Below are positions 26,880-40,125 of a DNA stretch of 64,000 bases, in pieces. How positions within the stretch are numbered: position 1 is the stretch's first letter; each line of letters opens with the position of its first letter. The position numbers and the translations under genes are program-made. The stretch comes from Antedon mediterranea (Eukaryota; Animalia; Echinodermata), in contig NC_092676.1 of assembly GCF_964355755.1 (NCBI RefSeq), forward strand, positions 8,347,888-8,411,887, given 5' to 3'. The notes beneath the pieces are model-generated. The model ran no database searches. It saw only the letters and a program-made list of their open reading frames with translations, and had not been told where the DNA came from.

Positions 26880-27700
26880 AAACACCTCTTCCAGTGCAGT
26901 GAAGATCTTAAGTGTCGCATTGTCTTACTAATCTTCCTTAACTTCTCTTTGAACGATCGTAATCAATATTTGTTGAGGTATAATATTTCCCTCTAATATG
27001 GTAATGCCTGTTTTATTGAGTCAAATGCTTTCTGATAATCTCTAAATCAAAGATTTGGTGATATTCATTTCCTTTTTATTTTAGTTGATTGACAAACTGT
27101 ATAAGATGGTCCTACTGTATAAAGCCTTATATATTGGTTTATTTACTTCTAGTCGGTTTCTGATTTTGTTTTTTGATTACTTTTGTAAATTATTTGTGTA
27201 CATGTGATAATGTTCGTTTGGTCGGTAATGGTTGATGTCAGTTTTGTCATGTTTTTGTGGATTAAAGTATAATTATCATTGCTTCTCTTAATTTCTTCTG
27301 GTTTCAAAGATTTTGTTGTATAGTGTTATGAGCTGGATGTGTTATTTGCCTCATCAAGCCAAGATGGTAATTTTGACTGCTCACTGGTTTGTTTTCCTTT
27401 TATATTCCACTACAGTATGTTCTTGAAAAGAAATCAGCTTTGTAATTAATTTGTCTTTGATCCTTTTCAGATTTCTAATATTTTAAACATATGTTTTTCT
27501 TTTCTTCGCTTTTTCCTCACTGTTTCAAACATTTTATTTTTTCAGCATACTTCAAGCAATTAATTGATAATTAGGTCATAATATGTTTTATGAGTATCAA
27601 ATCGCATTGGTTAATTCTTCTTTTCTTTCTTTAAGATCCTGATTTTCTTTGTTTTTTTTTAAATGTTATTTAACTTTAAGTTTATCTAATTTTTTGTTGA
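26880..27700 (-). pseudogene. Decayed RTE-clade LINE reverse transcriptase fragment (second copy ~28136-28900)
   Basis: Minus-strand remnants DYQKAFDSI and VRQCDT...KIFTALEEVF match RTE motifs DYEKAFDS and GVRQGDTISPKLFTAxLEEVF; many stops and frameshifts. Confidence 0.7.
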
Positions 27701-29340
27701 TATTAAGTGTTGCTCTTACGGTGTAGGCCTACCATGCGATGGAATTATATATTGAAATTAAATTAAACATTAAGTTTTAAGAAAATTGTAAAAGGCTAAA
27801 TAGGATATTGAATGTAGTTCTGGTCCACTAAATCTATATTTTAGGTATATTATTATAAGTATGACACACGCACGCTTAACAGTATATCCTGGTCATACCT
27901 CAAACTGGCATTTCCAGTAAAAATATGATAACATCTTCTATTAGAGCTAATATAAATGTTTACATTTTGAACATTTTGACACCAAGTTGAACTTTTTATG
28001 ACATTTGGTTACAGAGATACAGACATATTTAAACATTAAAGGTCAAAGGTCAGTAAATGACATTTCCTGTGGATTTGGAAGAACATGTTTAATTAGAGTA
28101 TATATAAATATGTATGCTCTTAACAATTTGAAACAAATCTTCCTTAACTTCTCTTTGAACGATCGTAATCAATATTTGTTGAGGTATAATATTTCCCTCT
28201 AATATGGTAATGCCTGTTTTATTGAGTCAAATGCTTTCTGATAATCTCTAAATCAAAGATTTGGTGATATTCATTTCATTTTTATTTTAGTTGATTGACA
28301 AACTGTATAAGAAGGTCCTACTGTATAAAGCCTTATATATTGGTTTATTTACTTCTAGTCGGTCTCTGATTTTGTTTTTTGATTACTTTTGTAAATTATT
28401 TGTGTACATGTGATAATGTTCGTTTGGTCGGTAATGGTTGATGTCAGTTTTGTCATGTTTTTGTGGATTAAAGTATAATTATCATTGCTTCTCTTAATTT
28501 CTTCTGGTTTCAAAGATTTTGTTGTATAGTGTTATGAGCTGGATGTGTTATTGCCTCATCAAGCCAAGATGGTAATTTTGACTGCTCACTGGTTTGTTTT
28601 CCTTTTATATTCCACTACAGTATGTTCTTGAAAAGAAATCAGCTTTGTAATTAATTTGTCTTTGATCCTTTTCAGATTTCTAATATTTTAAACATATGTT
28701 TTTTTTTTCTTCGCTTTTTCCTCACTGTTTCAAACATTTTATTTTTTCAGCATACTTCAAGCAATTAATTGATAATTAGGTCATATGTTTTATGAGTATC
28801 AAATCGCATTGGTTAATTCTTCTTTTCTTTCTTTAAGATCCTGATTTTCTTTGTTTTTTTTTAAATGTTATTTAACTTTAAGTTTATCTAATTTTTTGTT
28901 GATATTAAGTGTTGCTCTTACGGTGTAGGCCTACCATGCGATGGAATTATATATTGAAATTAAATTAAACATTAAGTTTTAAGAAAATTTTAAAAGGCTA
29001 AATAGGATATTGAATGTAGTTCTGGTCCACTAAATCTATATTTTAGGTATATTATTATAAGTATGACACACGCACGCTTAACAGTATATCCTGGTCATAC
29101 CTCAAACTGGCATTTCCAGTAAAAATATGATAACATCTTCTATTAGAGCTAATATAAATGTTTACATTTTGAACATTTTGACACCAAGTTGAACTTTTTA
29201 TGACATTTGGTTACAGAGATACAGACATATTTAAACATTAAAGGTCAAAGGTCAGTAAATGACATTTCCTGTGGATTTGGAAGAACATGTCTAATTAGAG
29301 TATATATAAATATGTATGCTCTTAACAATTTGAAACAAAT
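26930..29340. repeat. Near-identical tandem duplication, ~1.2-kb period (26930-28135 and 28136-29340)
   Basis: The copies differ only by a few substitutions and small indels. Confidence 0.95.
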
Positions 29341-32300
29341 TTCAAGAAATTTTGACCAGTAGTTATTGAGATATAGTAAGCCGATGTCAAAGGTCAAAAC
29401 ATTGAGAAATTACATTTCCGGTCGTTTTTTTTTTAAAAGTTCTATTAGAGCGAATATAAATATGTACCCTCTGATCTATTTGACACCAATATCATTTCAA
29501 TTGTCAAACCCGTTGCGAAGATATGGCTGTTTAAGATAGAAATATAAAAATTGAGGTCAGAGGTCACAGAGGTCAAATCAGATTTCCAGTAACTTTGTTT
29601 TGGTATCTCCATATCATGTTCTATCAATATGCCAAAGGGCACACTTGTATCCACTATGGTAACATCATTTCCCCTTAGGGACTGGACTAAAAGAACAAAG
29701 GTTAAATAAGTAAAAAAATCTCACCATATTCGTCGCAGGATCAGCTCTGTATGCTCGTGTGAGTCCAAGTTCTTGTACCTTGCGATAAACTGCCTGAAAA
29801 ATGTAAAAAAGCATGTAATAAACAAATGTTTTAAAAAGACACCAGTTAGTTCGGTAGCATACCTGTGAGTAATGAAAGAGACAGCCGGATACACGAACAA
29901 GTGGCATGACTTCTCGGATTGCTTGCCAGATAGAGGCCTCGAAGTCGGTGACAATTTTCTCAACGTTTGTAGCTGGAAGTAAGTCGATGACTGCTCGTAG
30001 GACGGCTGTATAGTCCACCATTCGCTTTCCCGACATTACTGCAAACAACAGCGGCACCTGCTTCATTGATGTACCATGGGTGATGAAGCTGTGAATCGAG
30101 AAGAGTTGATAGAACGGGTCTCTAATTAATTTAAACGTCCCATCAACATACCTGGAAATAAAAAGTGTTATACTGCTAAAAATCGGAAAATAAATGATAA
30201 TATGCATAGTTAAAAAACACAAAACATGCACAAAAGGGTTACAAAAGTACTTACCATGTCCGTGCGTTTCGTAGCATATCCATCATATTTGGTGTTGAAA
30301 AAATAATATGCCAACCTCCATCGACGAGCACGTCACCTTGTAAGAAGCCGGGTGCGATATGATTCTCATCCAGGTCGAAGTACAGATCATTTGGTTGGTT
30401 TGGTCTGGTCAGTTTTCTTTTTAAGTTTGCTTGGCGTGCAAGGTTTCTTGGAGTCGGCAAAGTCGGGTGTAAGACAACATTCCCTTCCCCGATCTCATCT
30501 CGTAGGATCTAAAATGAAATAAATTAATGCATAGAAAATGACAACCTGTAACTCAATAAATGATCAGACACGGAAACATTATGAAAACGTTATGGAACTT
30601 ACCTTCTCCACCATTTCAGAAGTGGATTCAAAAGGCCTGTTTACTGCCTGCTCTTTTACGTTTCTACGGATGATGGATACTTTTTCAAGCCCTAAATGAA
30701 AAAAAAAAAGGTTAGATAACGAAACAATCTTCAAATTTTCACACACAAACATTGTACACATTTTAAATGTTTGTTGATTAGACATACCTGGCATAGCTCC
30801 GCATATGTGGTTTTGTAAACCTCTAATGTAGACACCATCTCTTTCGATCACGGTTGCCCTACACGTCAAGTTTCTGTTCCGAACGCAGCACCTCCATGTT
30901 ACATTGTTAGGTCGGCGTCTATCCACTTTCTTGGTGTATTGATAGCCATCGCTGCTTGTCAATGTGTCCTGAAGAAGAAGAATAAAATTTAAAGACATAG
31001 GTTTAAATCACTGGGACTAGAAAGTATGTAGCGACTGAAACAATGGTATTGAAAACAATCTGTTTTAGTGTAGTTGTTGATTTATTTTGTGACATATTTG
31101 AATTGATTGAATTTTAAATTATCACGTACATTGGACATGCATATGCCGTGATACATCACATAATTATTAAAAAATAGAACAAAATAATGTAACATTACCT
31201 TTCCACGGATTGATGTGGCTTCGAAAATCTTAAAAGTAACCTCATCCTCTACACCAACTGGAATGTCTGGATTTGGTACTCGATATGGGTTTGGTAAGTT
31301 TTGTTCCTCAACAACTGCAGGCTCTTCAAATGCTCCAAGGTCTCCAGCAAAGACATCTAGTTGGGCTGCAGGTTCTTCCGGAACAGGTCGCACACATTCA
31401 TTACACGTCCAATCAATGTAGCCGTCGCGGATACCAGCAAGATAGGCAGCACGTGTTATACCAGTACCGCAAGTTCGATGTTGCCACCGTTGGCACTCCT
31501 CGCAAAAAACAGCCTCCTGGCGATGATTACGGTAACAGGTTCTCTACACTGGATACAGTCGTTCATTATTGTTGCAGTCGAAGATAAATCAGTTTGAAAG
31601 TGAACATGTACGTACTAGCACCCCCCATTTTATACACAGAGTAGACAATTATTTGCGCAACTATTGTGTGCCTTTCGCAAAGGACACTTTTTACTATTGA
31701 CACAAAATTACCTTTGATTTACGCATCTTCCGACTTTTTGGTTTACGAAAAGCAACCGAACATTATGTTTTGTCTTATGTGTTTTATTGTTTTATTATAT
31801 TATGCATTAAATCAAAGCCTCAAATCCTATATGATGTATTGTTTCTATAATGAATGAAATCAAAGCGTCATCACAAAGACATACTTTCTTTTTATTCAAT
31901 ATTGTTGCTTTGATTTGTTTGTGATTAGCACAATATAGGGGATTAGTATTATTTGTTTTGTAGAAAGTATGCACGCATTTTGATGATGCCGTTGTGTTGA
32001 CTGCATTTTTTAAGTAGATTGAATCAACGCAAAGATACTCATATCATTTTAAATCATTTATTTCGTTTTTTATTAAACTAATTATATAATATAGCAGTAT
32101 ATACCTTGTACTGTAATAAATGTAACTCATTCAGTATTAATTCACATTTAAACATAAAACGAAATATATTGTACTATTCGATTTATTTTATATATAAAGC
32201 TGGCTAACTGTTTAAAAATATTATTTGTGACACTCTTAAATACAGTATTTTATTTTCAAATCAAAATAAATACATCATAAAAACATCGTTAACTTTAAAG

Positions 32301-32419
32301 CCTGTGTTGTAGACGTCGTCACTATTACACTATCATAACGGGCACTTTTGGCGCTCCATACAATATCGCGTTCTGTAACCGGCGGCCGAGGTTGTCAGCG
32401 GCCGAGATGGACCTAAGCC

Positions 32420-33150
32420 CTAGGCCCTACCTATTGTTGGCCTAGGCTAGACTAGCTAGGCTAGGCCTAGGCCTAGGCCTACTAGCTAGGCTAGTAGTAT
32501 TAAATTAGTAATACTTAGTAGGCCTGGATAGGCCTAGCCTGGTAGTAGGCCTATCCTGTGGAGCCTAGCTTCTCTATACAAGCAAGGGTTTATTTGGTGG
32601 TTAATAGATCTGAATTATAATAATATAAACCAAATTACAGAATGTTACGCTTTCCTCCTCCTCCTCTCTTTATGTTTTGCCTGTTGTTTTTGTCACATGT
32701 GGTTTGTTTGTTTGACACGCACGCCCTCTTTGGTCATAACAAAATTAATATTTTGACATTTTTAATACAAAACAAATTAATAAATAGGATGTCTACAGTA
32801 ACTATAATATCTAATAGGCGCCTTCAACTTTCACGATTCCTTTCACTAAATCATTATTCTATGTATACAATAAAATAGGTAAAAAAACTGTGTAAACTCC
32901 ATATGTCACCGAAATTTGATATTAATTTTGTTACCAATCCCTGTGTTTATTGTTTTTGAGGTATCATCAATATGCACCGGTAAAACAATTACTTTGTCGA
33001 AAACTGTTCACGAAAGAGACGATGTACCATTTTTTTGGAAATTATGTAACTAAAAGTGCGTAGACCTATTGAGTAAAATGAATGAGGATAAGTTGCCTAT
33101 TATACTTACCGGTGTTTATTTTATAAATATTGTGATACCGTGGCAGCAAA
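32420..33150. promoter_or_regulatory. Probable divergent promoter / 5' UTR region between HPS6 and the metalloprotease gene
   Basis: Head-to-head gene orientation. TAGGCCTA-rich tract split by the MULE (23880-24122 and 32420-32570). Candidate minus-strand 5' UTR exon with a donor near 32637-32657. Inference only. Confidence 0.4.
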
Positions 33151-36100
33151 ATGACACTAATGATACAGATAATTTGTTTGTTTTTAGTTCACGTAGGCCT
33201 AAAGTTTGTATCGTTACATGAAACCAAAGGCCTAGTACATCGAGAGCTTAACTGTGAAGAAGAATCGGACTGCAAAACCTGTATCACGGATTTGTTTAAG
33301 GCAACCTTAAACAAGTGGAAAGGTTCTGGTGATCTGCAAGAAAAAACAGGTTATAGGCATGCTTTAGTTGAGTTGCTTTTTGTCTTTGATTCCACCTTTC
33401 AAAAACAATTTGAGAACAACTCCAGACGTTTAGAACATATTGTTCGTTGGCTAGTAAACAATGTAAGTAACTTACAAAGTTGCAGACATCCATAGTCTGG
33501 CTTTCAACATTTTCTGAAAGAAAATTGTTAGTTACACAATTCTTCAGACATCATGGGCATCATCAATACATTAGAGAAATTGTAAGAGTGCGCCATACAA
33601 AGATCACAATATACAATATGTATTTCGACCTAATTATTATTAGTAAAGATTAATATTTTGGAAAACATTCATGTGTACTACTTGAGTTCAAAATACAGTT
33701 TCCTGATAAAAAAAAAACTCGACTGGTGGACTGACATAAGAAGGATAGAGTACTGACAGACGCACCGCCCACCGTATATCCAATTTTTTTTTTGCATTTT
33801 TAGCAGAACGGTTTTTTGATACATTTTTTTACCAGAAGGTTGACCAAAATACTGAAAAAGTCTGCATTTGACAGGCATGTTAAATGTGATCTCTGTTACA
33901 TTTAAATGTATGTACATTTAAGTCGAATAAGAGGCATTTGTACTGGTGTCTAAAGTGTTTTTTTTTCTCTTTTTTTCATTTAAAGATGAAGACGATCTTC
34001 GAAAACTCTACCCTCGCCAATCCAAATTTAAGTGTTAGACTTGTAGATGTGATTCTAGCGACAGATTTGATAGCTAACAAGACAGATGAATTGGTTTGTA
34101 TAGGCCTAATCATTGTATTAAAATAAATGTACCCCGATGAAATCCATAGACTTCTAAATAAAGATCACTAACTGCCTTTAAGGTGACCAACATTGAATTT
34201 ATTGGTCTTCAATAAGACAAATTCTTTCAAGACACTTTACTAAAGTTAATTTGACAAAAACAGTGTGATGTGCCAAAATATGGTAGTAATATTACGTCAT
34301 CGTGTCCATATGGGCACATCACATTTTTGTCACATAAAGTTTGATAGTGTAGACAGAGCTATACGTTTGCCTCTCTTTACCAGGAGTACCTGGTAGGATC
34401 AATCACTGCAACATTATGGGAGTAGTGTTCCATAGGTATTGGACCCAATGATTGAGAACGTAGTTTCCCCCATTACAAGGAGTGTGCAGTGGTTAGATTT
34501 AAGCTTGGTTTCCATGACGCAACGCAAGGTGCACATCAAGTTGACAAAAATTACTTGGGCTAAATAATATTAAGTAATAATAATAAGTGTTTACTTTAAT
34601 TACAGAAATTAACTACAAAGTCAAGGAGATTGCATATTTCTAAAAGAAAATATGTAGATGGACACGCCGTATTAAAACGTTACATATCTACTTTTAACAG
34701 ACTGGCCATCAAATTCGACCATTGTATTATTTTGACCAGGTAAATGCCTCTAGTGTGAGTAAAGTGAAAGCGGATAGGTTGGTTATTAACCCACAATCAT
34801 AATTGATAATTGATTGCGCGTATGCGACCAACTTAACCGAATAAATAACTAAATCTGAACGGGCCCTAATCGTTTGGAGATAGACTTAAAAAACGTTAAA
34901 TGATTTGACTGCACAAGACAAACTGTGTTATTATTTCCCAACAGCTAAGCTCATGTTTTCAGAAACCGAGTCTTCTAACGACGATAATCCATATAGTGTG
35001 ATAGTGATTTGAACCATCATCGATAACATCATAAGATTAATTTTTTATTTCATGCCTCTAACATAGTCTTGATCTTTGGAAGATGGAAAGTCGTAGAAGT
35101 AGGCCTATACAAAGCGATATTGATGGTAGGTATAGTTTAACATGAATTTAGGTTTTCCTTTATTCCGAATATGATAATAACTGTCTGTCGATTTGGGATC
35201 TCACTGAAAAAAATACAGGCGATTGATTTGATCTATATACTTTAACTCCATTTCAATCGTCCAATTTTTTGTCTTGTAGGTTGTAGCTACCAATCATCAA
35301 CTTGTATGTATGAACGATTTTCATTGGTCGAATATTCTGAAGATCTGTACATGCTTTTGCGCACATGTTTGCATGAATTAGCGCACGGGTAAGTTAAGTT
35401 GAATGAAGTAAACTTTGACCTAGGCGTTATTCTGGTCTTCGTATTTGTACCTAATCGAGACCTGAGATTGTTGTTCTCAGTCAAAACCATTAGGCCCGTT
35501 ATTCCTGGACTATCTCTGGATTTAGTCGGTAAAACGGTATTCATGAAAGGAGGCCTAGACTCAACCTGGACTAAACCTGTACTAAAATCTGCAAAATGTT
35601 GTCCACCCCAAAGTTAGGCCTGGACTAAAGATAGTCCCCTTTGAATACGGGCCATAAATTCTAACTTTTAAAGTTTTAGGTTTATAAGCTCTTTGCTTGT
35701 CTGCCACCAGTGGTTGTTGTTCTTTCTTACAGACTTGGCGGATATCATGACGGAGAGTCAGACGTGCCATTCAGACGATCTCTGGCCAATCATTGCCATC
35801 CACGTGATGGATTCATTATGGGCATGCCTATTGCAAATGGGTTTGCGTCAAACTTCCTTAAATTTTCAAATTGTACTTTAGAAGATTTTTCTTTGTTTTT
35901 AAGGTTAGTCATAGTATTTCATAGTATATTTCATATTGTGATAAAAGCATGATTAATGCTTATAATAATAGATTTTAAATCATAGCTGAGATGTTACATC
36001 AGATCATATATAGTAAATTTGTATATTAAATAAGCATGCTTGGTTCACATGACGTGACGCAAGGGTGTACGTGCAAGTGAGTTGACCAATCACAAGCGAC

Positions 36101-36256
36101 AGTTCGGATGACCCATCGCGTTGTGATTGGTCTAATTACGTCCTTGCGTCCTGGTAACCAGGTTTAGTACTTAAAAATCATTTTCAAATTTATTTAAAAC
36201 CGGTACAGTACTTTGTTCACAGATCAAGAAGAGCATCTTGTTTGTATACTAATTGA
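33151..36256 (+). CDS. Secreted M12B (reprolysin/ADAM-ADAMTS-like) zinc metalloprotease, catalytic domain only, 7 exons, 308 aa
   Basis: Exons 33151-33462, 33986-34093, 34606-34739, 35067-35125, 35280-35388, 35733-35903, 36223-36256 (TGA), all GT-AG and in phase. Hydrophobic N-terminus, VELLFVFD, FDHCIILTSLDL, zinc motif HELAHGLGGYHD, Met-turn GFIMG, FSNCT...FLRSRRASCL. Confidence 0.9.
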
Positions 36257-39200
36257 AGTGAAGAATATACTGGCAAATAAAGCTAATGCTATTAAGGTAA
36301 TTTGTAATTACAAACATCAATTTAGAATTCACACCGGGCTAATGGCAAATCAAATTACTCAGATGCCAAGTTGGAGCAGTGGGCTGCTTAAGTTGAACTT
36401 TATAATTTCACAAACAAATTAATTATTAAAATCGACAGAAATGTTGTAAATTCTATCGTAATGGTGAAATATATATAGATTTATAATACGTTCCGTATTT
36501 ATTTGAATAAACTCCCCCACAAATAAACGCACACAAAAGAACATCGTTTGAAATAAATTCCCCCTAAAATAAACCCTGAAATAAATGCCCCGCCCCTGCC
36601 TACACAAACAATCTTGTATTATAACACATTTCTATTTGTAGTAGAATTCTTTGACTTCCATGATTTACAATTGACCAAACATTTTGATACGGTGCGTTTA
36701 TTCGAATAAATACGGTACGTTTCTAAGCGCTTGCAGCGGCGTCGGCGCTTCATACAGTAGTATCAAAGAGCACTAGACTAGATCTCTGGGAAATAACTAC
36801 AAGTTCTTAAATTTAAAAAAAAAAGCAACAATGTAAATTAAAACAAAGACAAGAAAATCTGCTTAGTAATACGGTACATATAAGCAGAAGTCTATATTTT
36901 CTATATTTTTTTTTTGTAGTTTAGACCTATATTTCCCATATATGTTATACAGGTTACATGGCATTTAGTTAATAATATGAACTAGAAGATATATGTTATA
37001 AAGCCGCTTATTTCTACATTTTTCCAATTAAATAAGTCTTATTGTGATTGGATCGTCGGCTACCATGTGACGTATTTGTATGTTAGTAAGACGCAGGTCA
37101 TTATGGTAATTTAGTCATAACAACAACAACAGTGTTGTCTCTTGAAGAAAAAGACAATACTTACAGTAATATTACAAGGTAGTCTGTCATGTTAGAGCTT
37201 TGTTGCATAAAGGCCACACGTGTTTGTTCCTGTCTGCTCCTTCTGAACAGTTTAGCCTGGCTGATAGATGAGAGAGTAATTCATGCATACATTTTGGCCC
37301 GTAAGTATAGTTTGTATCTGTGCTTACATCTCTGTTTCATGGTAGCCTATAAAGTACATTATATACCGTGTGTAGTAGGCATATAATAAATATAAACGTA
37401 TGTGTTTAAATGCAATGTAAATCGAATCAGTCTTATCGATTCTCCTCATTGATATGGTAAACCTTAATACTTATAGTATTGAGTATAAATTATGTGCATT
37501 TGTAAATAAAAACCAACGTTGCGTTAATTAAAATAGAAACCTTGTACAGAAAGGAAACCTTCTTGTATACGTTCTCTCAGTTTAAAAAAAAAACCAGCGA
37601 ATTTCAGTAACCTAAGCGTACGCGAGTGTATCCTTTGTGTAACATGAAGGTAATAGTGTTCACTACGAGCTTACGCACAATGGTACCGTAGGCCTACATT
37701 TCTTATACGATGAAATTTGTGAGAGCAGTTAAGCACGAATAGTATGCCACTGTATGCGGAATATATTATACTCTTATATATATGTATACAAAATGGAGAA
37801 AAGCACTCGATGAATATTTGATTGAAAGCCGCCGGTTACAATTCATATATTTATCACACATACGAAATAGTTACCTACCATGTTATGTGTCGTATTATTA
37901 GACAAGCTTAGGCCTATAGATTTATGTATACAAAGGTAGAGTGTAGACAGCTTGGATTCGTACCCTATTCTGATACTCTACTTTGAGAGTAAAAAGGATG
38001 AGGGAGGCTGAAACGACTGCTATATCCAATTGACGTAAAACATGGAAAATAAAATGGTCTGCTAGTAAATTACTAATTAAACAGAAGATTCCTAGTTCGA
38101 CTCTCGATTGGGGGACTTTTGAAACTGTTTCATTTTAACGTTTAATATTGATTTACTTCAGTATACTAGGCCTGTGTTTCTCTATTTCCGTTATACTATA
38201 TTTCTGTCATTTGAATATGAATATTTCTAAAGCACGAGATGCTTAGCTTTGTGACAATTTAAATGTCGAGCCGTTTCTGTAATCAAAAATATTGATTTTT
38301 TATGTTGTTCTAATTTTCTTTGTCGCTTTTTCAATACATCATTACAAAACACACATTATATCCACAGCTCCTATATCAAAATAGTGAATAGTCCACGATT
38401 AATGCAATTATGATAGCTTAACTCTGCCTGGTCCTTAGACCTCTATACTATATTGTGGGAAGATGAAATTAATATCACAAGCCTACCACAATGGTCTAAA
38501 GATGACTAAATTAATTCTCTATCTATCTGTTCAATACAATTGTGAAATGAAGGTTTCTATTTTGGCGTTTCATAATTCGAAAAAAAACCTCAAGGTTATG
38601 TAATCTAGATGTGTTGTCCTTGCGTTTAAAAAGATTGTTTTCGGCATTGTAGAAAAAATAAAGAATTCGATGTTGTAAACACTTCTTCATAGTTAGGACC
38701 ATAACGATCAAAGATAAATATATAAACATACATTTTTCTTACATAAAATGAAAAAAAAAAACTATATGATAAATGATGTCTGATAAAAATATTATTTTTT
38801 AAAATTTCAATCAATCATGGCGTCATTTGATTGGGCGTGCAAAGATATGCATATGGTTATCCTACAGATCTTGAATGACAATTTGCTAATCCTTTGTTTT
38901 ATGTAAGAAAATTGTCTATCTAGTTATATAATAGTCGTATCGTCCTATAAATGGGCCTATACTACTGTGTTATCGTATTCTGCTGAAAAACGTTACACAA
39001 CAACCCGGCTGTTATAACAGTCACAGACGATAATGACAATTATAGGCCTACTGATCATGTTTTTAAACAAATAAAGGCATAGGTCTACAATAGTCCGTTT
39101 AAAGTAGTATAGGATATAGGTTCCATTTCTTATAAAACGGCAAAGCCTGTCCGGACGTAACGATTTACACGTGTAATGGTCGCGTGTGGTGTGAATTTTG

Positions 39201-39949
39201 AAATAAACTAGCTGTATCAAAAACCCACCTATAGAAAACGAGTCATGGGGTATTTTGGGTAGAAACTGGGATCCACTGGATTTAAGATATCTGATCAAGA
39301 ATGTGGAGAATCGCAAGCGAAATTCTGCCATCTAAACCCTTAATCAAAATGGCCGCCATCGAAAAGGATAAACACACACAATAATTCAAGTCAAAGTTTT
39401 TAATTGATCTGTGTTTTCTCCCCTTATTTATCGAGTCCATGTGGATTCTTAGCATATTGGCTAACGAGGTTTCTAATTTACATATATTCATATTTCGGCG
39501 GTAATGTTTAAATCGAATACAGAATCTTTTAAAAAAAATGTACGAACATGTAATTCGTTAAACATTAGACGTATACTGTAGGCCTAGAAGAAACTATTCT
39601 ATAATGGACTTTCATATAGAAGATAGGCCTACTTAAAAGTTGTAAAAGGTTCTACAATTTAAATGAATCAGTTACCATGAACCTGCCTGGATGTTAAGTG
39701 CTATAACTAATCACTCATTTAGTCATTTAATATATATATATATATATAGAAACTTGTATTCTCATTTTGATATTAAAAAAAAAACGGGGTAACCAATGGT
39801 AATCCACGACTTGCACTACTGATGTGGCAGCGAATATGCATTTAATCAACCACTGACAAACCCATCTGCATAGGCCTAGTAAATGATAATGACTGTAAAC
39901 TGTGATGAAATAGCCATATAAATAATAGTTTAATGTTTGTTGTAACGTT

Positions 39950-40125
39950 ATTTACCCTGAATGATTGCTTCTGCACCCTGTGGTAAAGTTCGTATTTACC
40001 CTGAATGATTGCTTCTGCACCCTGTGGTAAAGTTCGTATTTACCCTGAATGATTGCTTCTGCACCCTGTGGTAAAGTTCGTATTTACCCTGAATGATTGC
40101 TTCTGCACCCTGTGGTAAAGTTCGT
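39950..40125. repeat. Perfect tandem repeat, 44 bp x 4
   Basis: atttaccctgaatgattgcttctgcaccctgtggtaaagttcgt repeated without spacers. Confidence 0.95.

Larger units (their letters stand above)
25506..29689. mobile_element. Nested non-autonomous TIR DNA transposon in transposase intron 6 (Academ-like TAG...CTA ends, or TA-TSD type)
   Basis: TIR TAGTCCAGTCCCTAAGGGGA / TCCCCTTAGGGACTGGACTA with imperfect symmetry for ~170 bp. AAA on both flanks (25503-25505 and 29690-29692). Repeated TGACCT(T/C)TGACC motifs. Confidence 0.85.
24674..31566 (-). pseudogene. PHD finger - FLYWCH - MULE DDE transposase, 8 exons, ~569 aa, one frameshift in exon 1
   Basis: Exons 31566-31199, 30968-30788, 30691-30603, 30508-30255, 30151-29863, 29793-29725, 25444-25201, 24888-24674. 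PHD: CIQC...FCEECQRWQHRTC...WTCNEC. FLYWCH: GYQY...WRC...C.A...NHIC. Catalytic motifs: WYVDGTF, IVTDFE, GCLFH, RTNNDLEGWH. The frame changes near 31530 (exon 1 is 368 nt where phase 0 needs a multiple of 3). Confidence 0.88.
24123..32419 (-). mobile_element. Full-length Mutator-like (MULE, Phantom-type FLYWCH) DNA transposon
   Basis: Imperfect ~75-bp TIRs (GGGTTAGATCCATCTCGGCCGCCGACAATCTCGGCCGCCGG... and ...CCGGCGGCCGAGGTTGTCAGCGGCCGAGATGGACCTAAGCC). TSD (C)CTAGGCCC of 8-9 bp at 24114-24122 and 32419-32427. Internal spliced transposase gene. Confidence 0.92.

Noticed and set aside
39950-40125. CRISPR-like regular repeat
   Set aside because: The units are contiguous with no unique spacers, there are no cas genes, and the context is eukaryotic.
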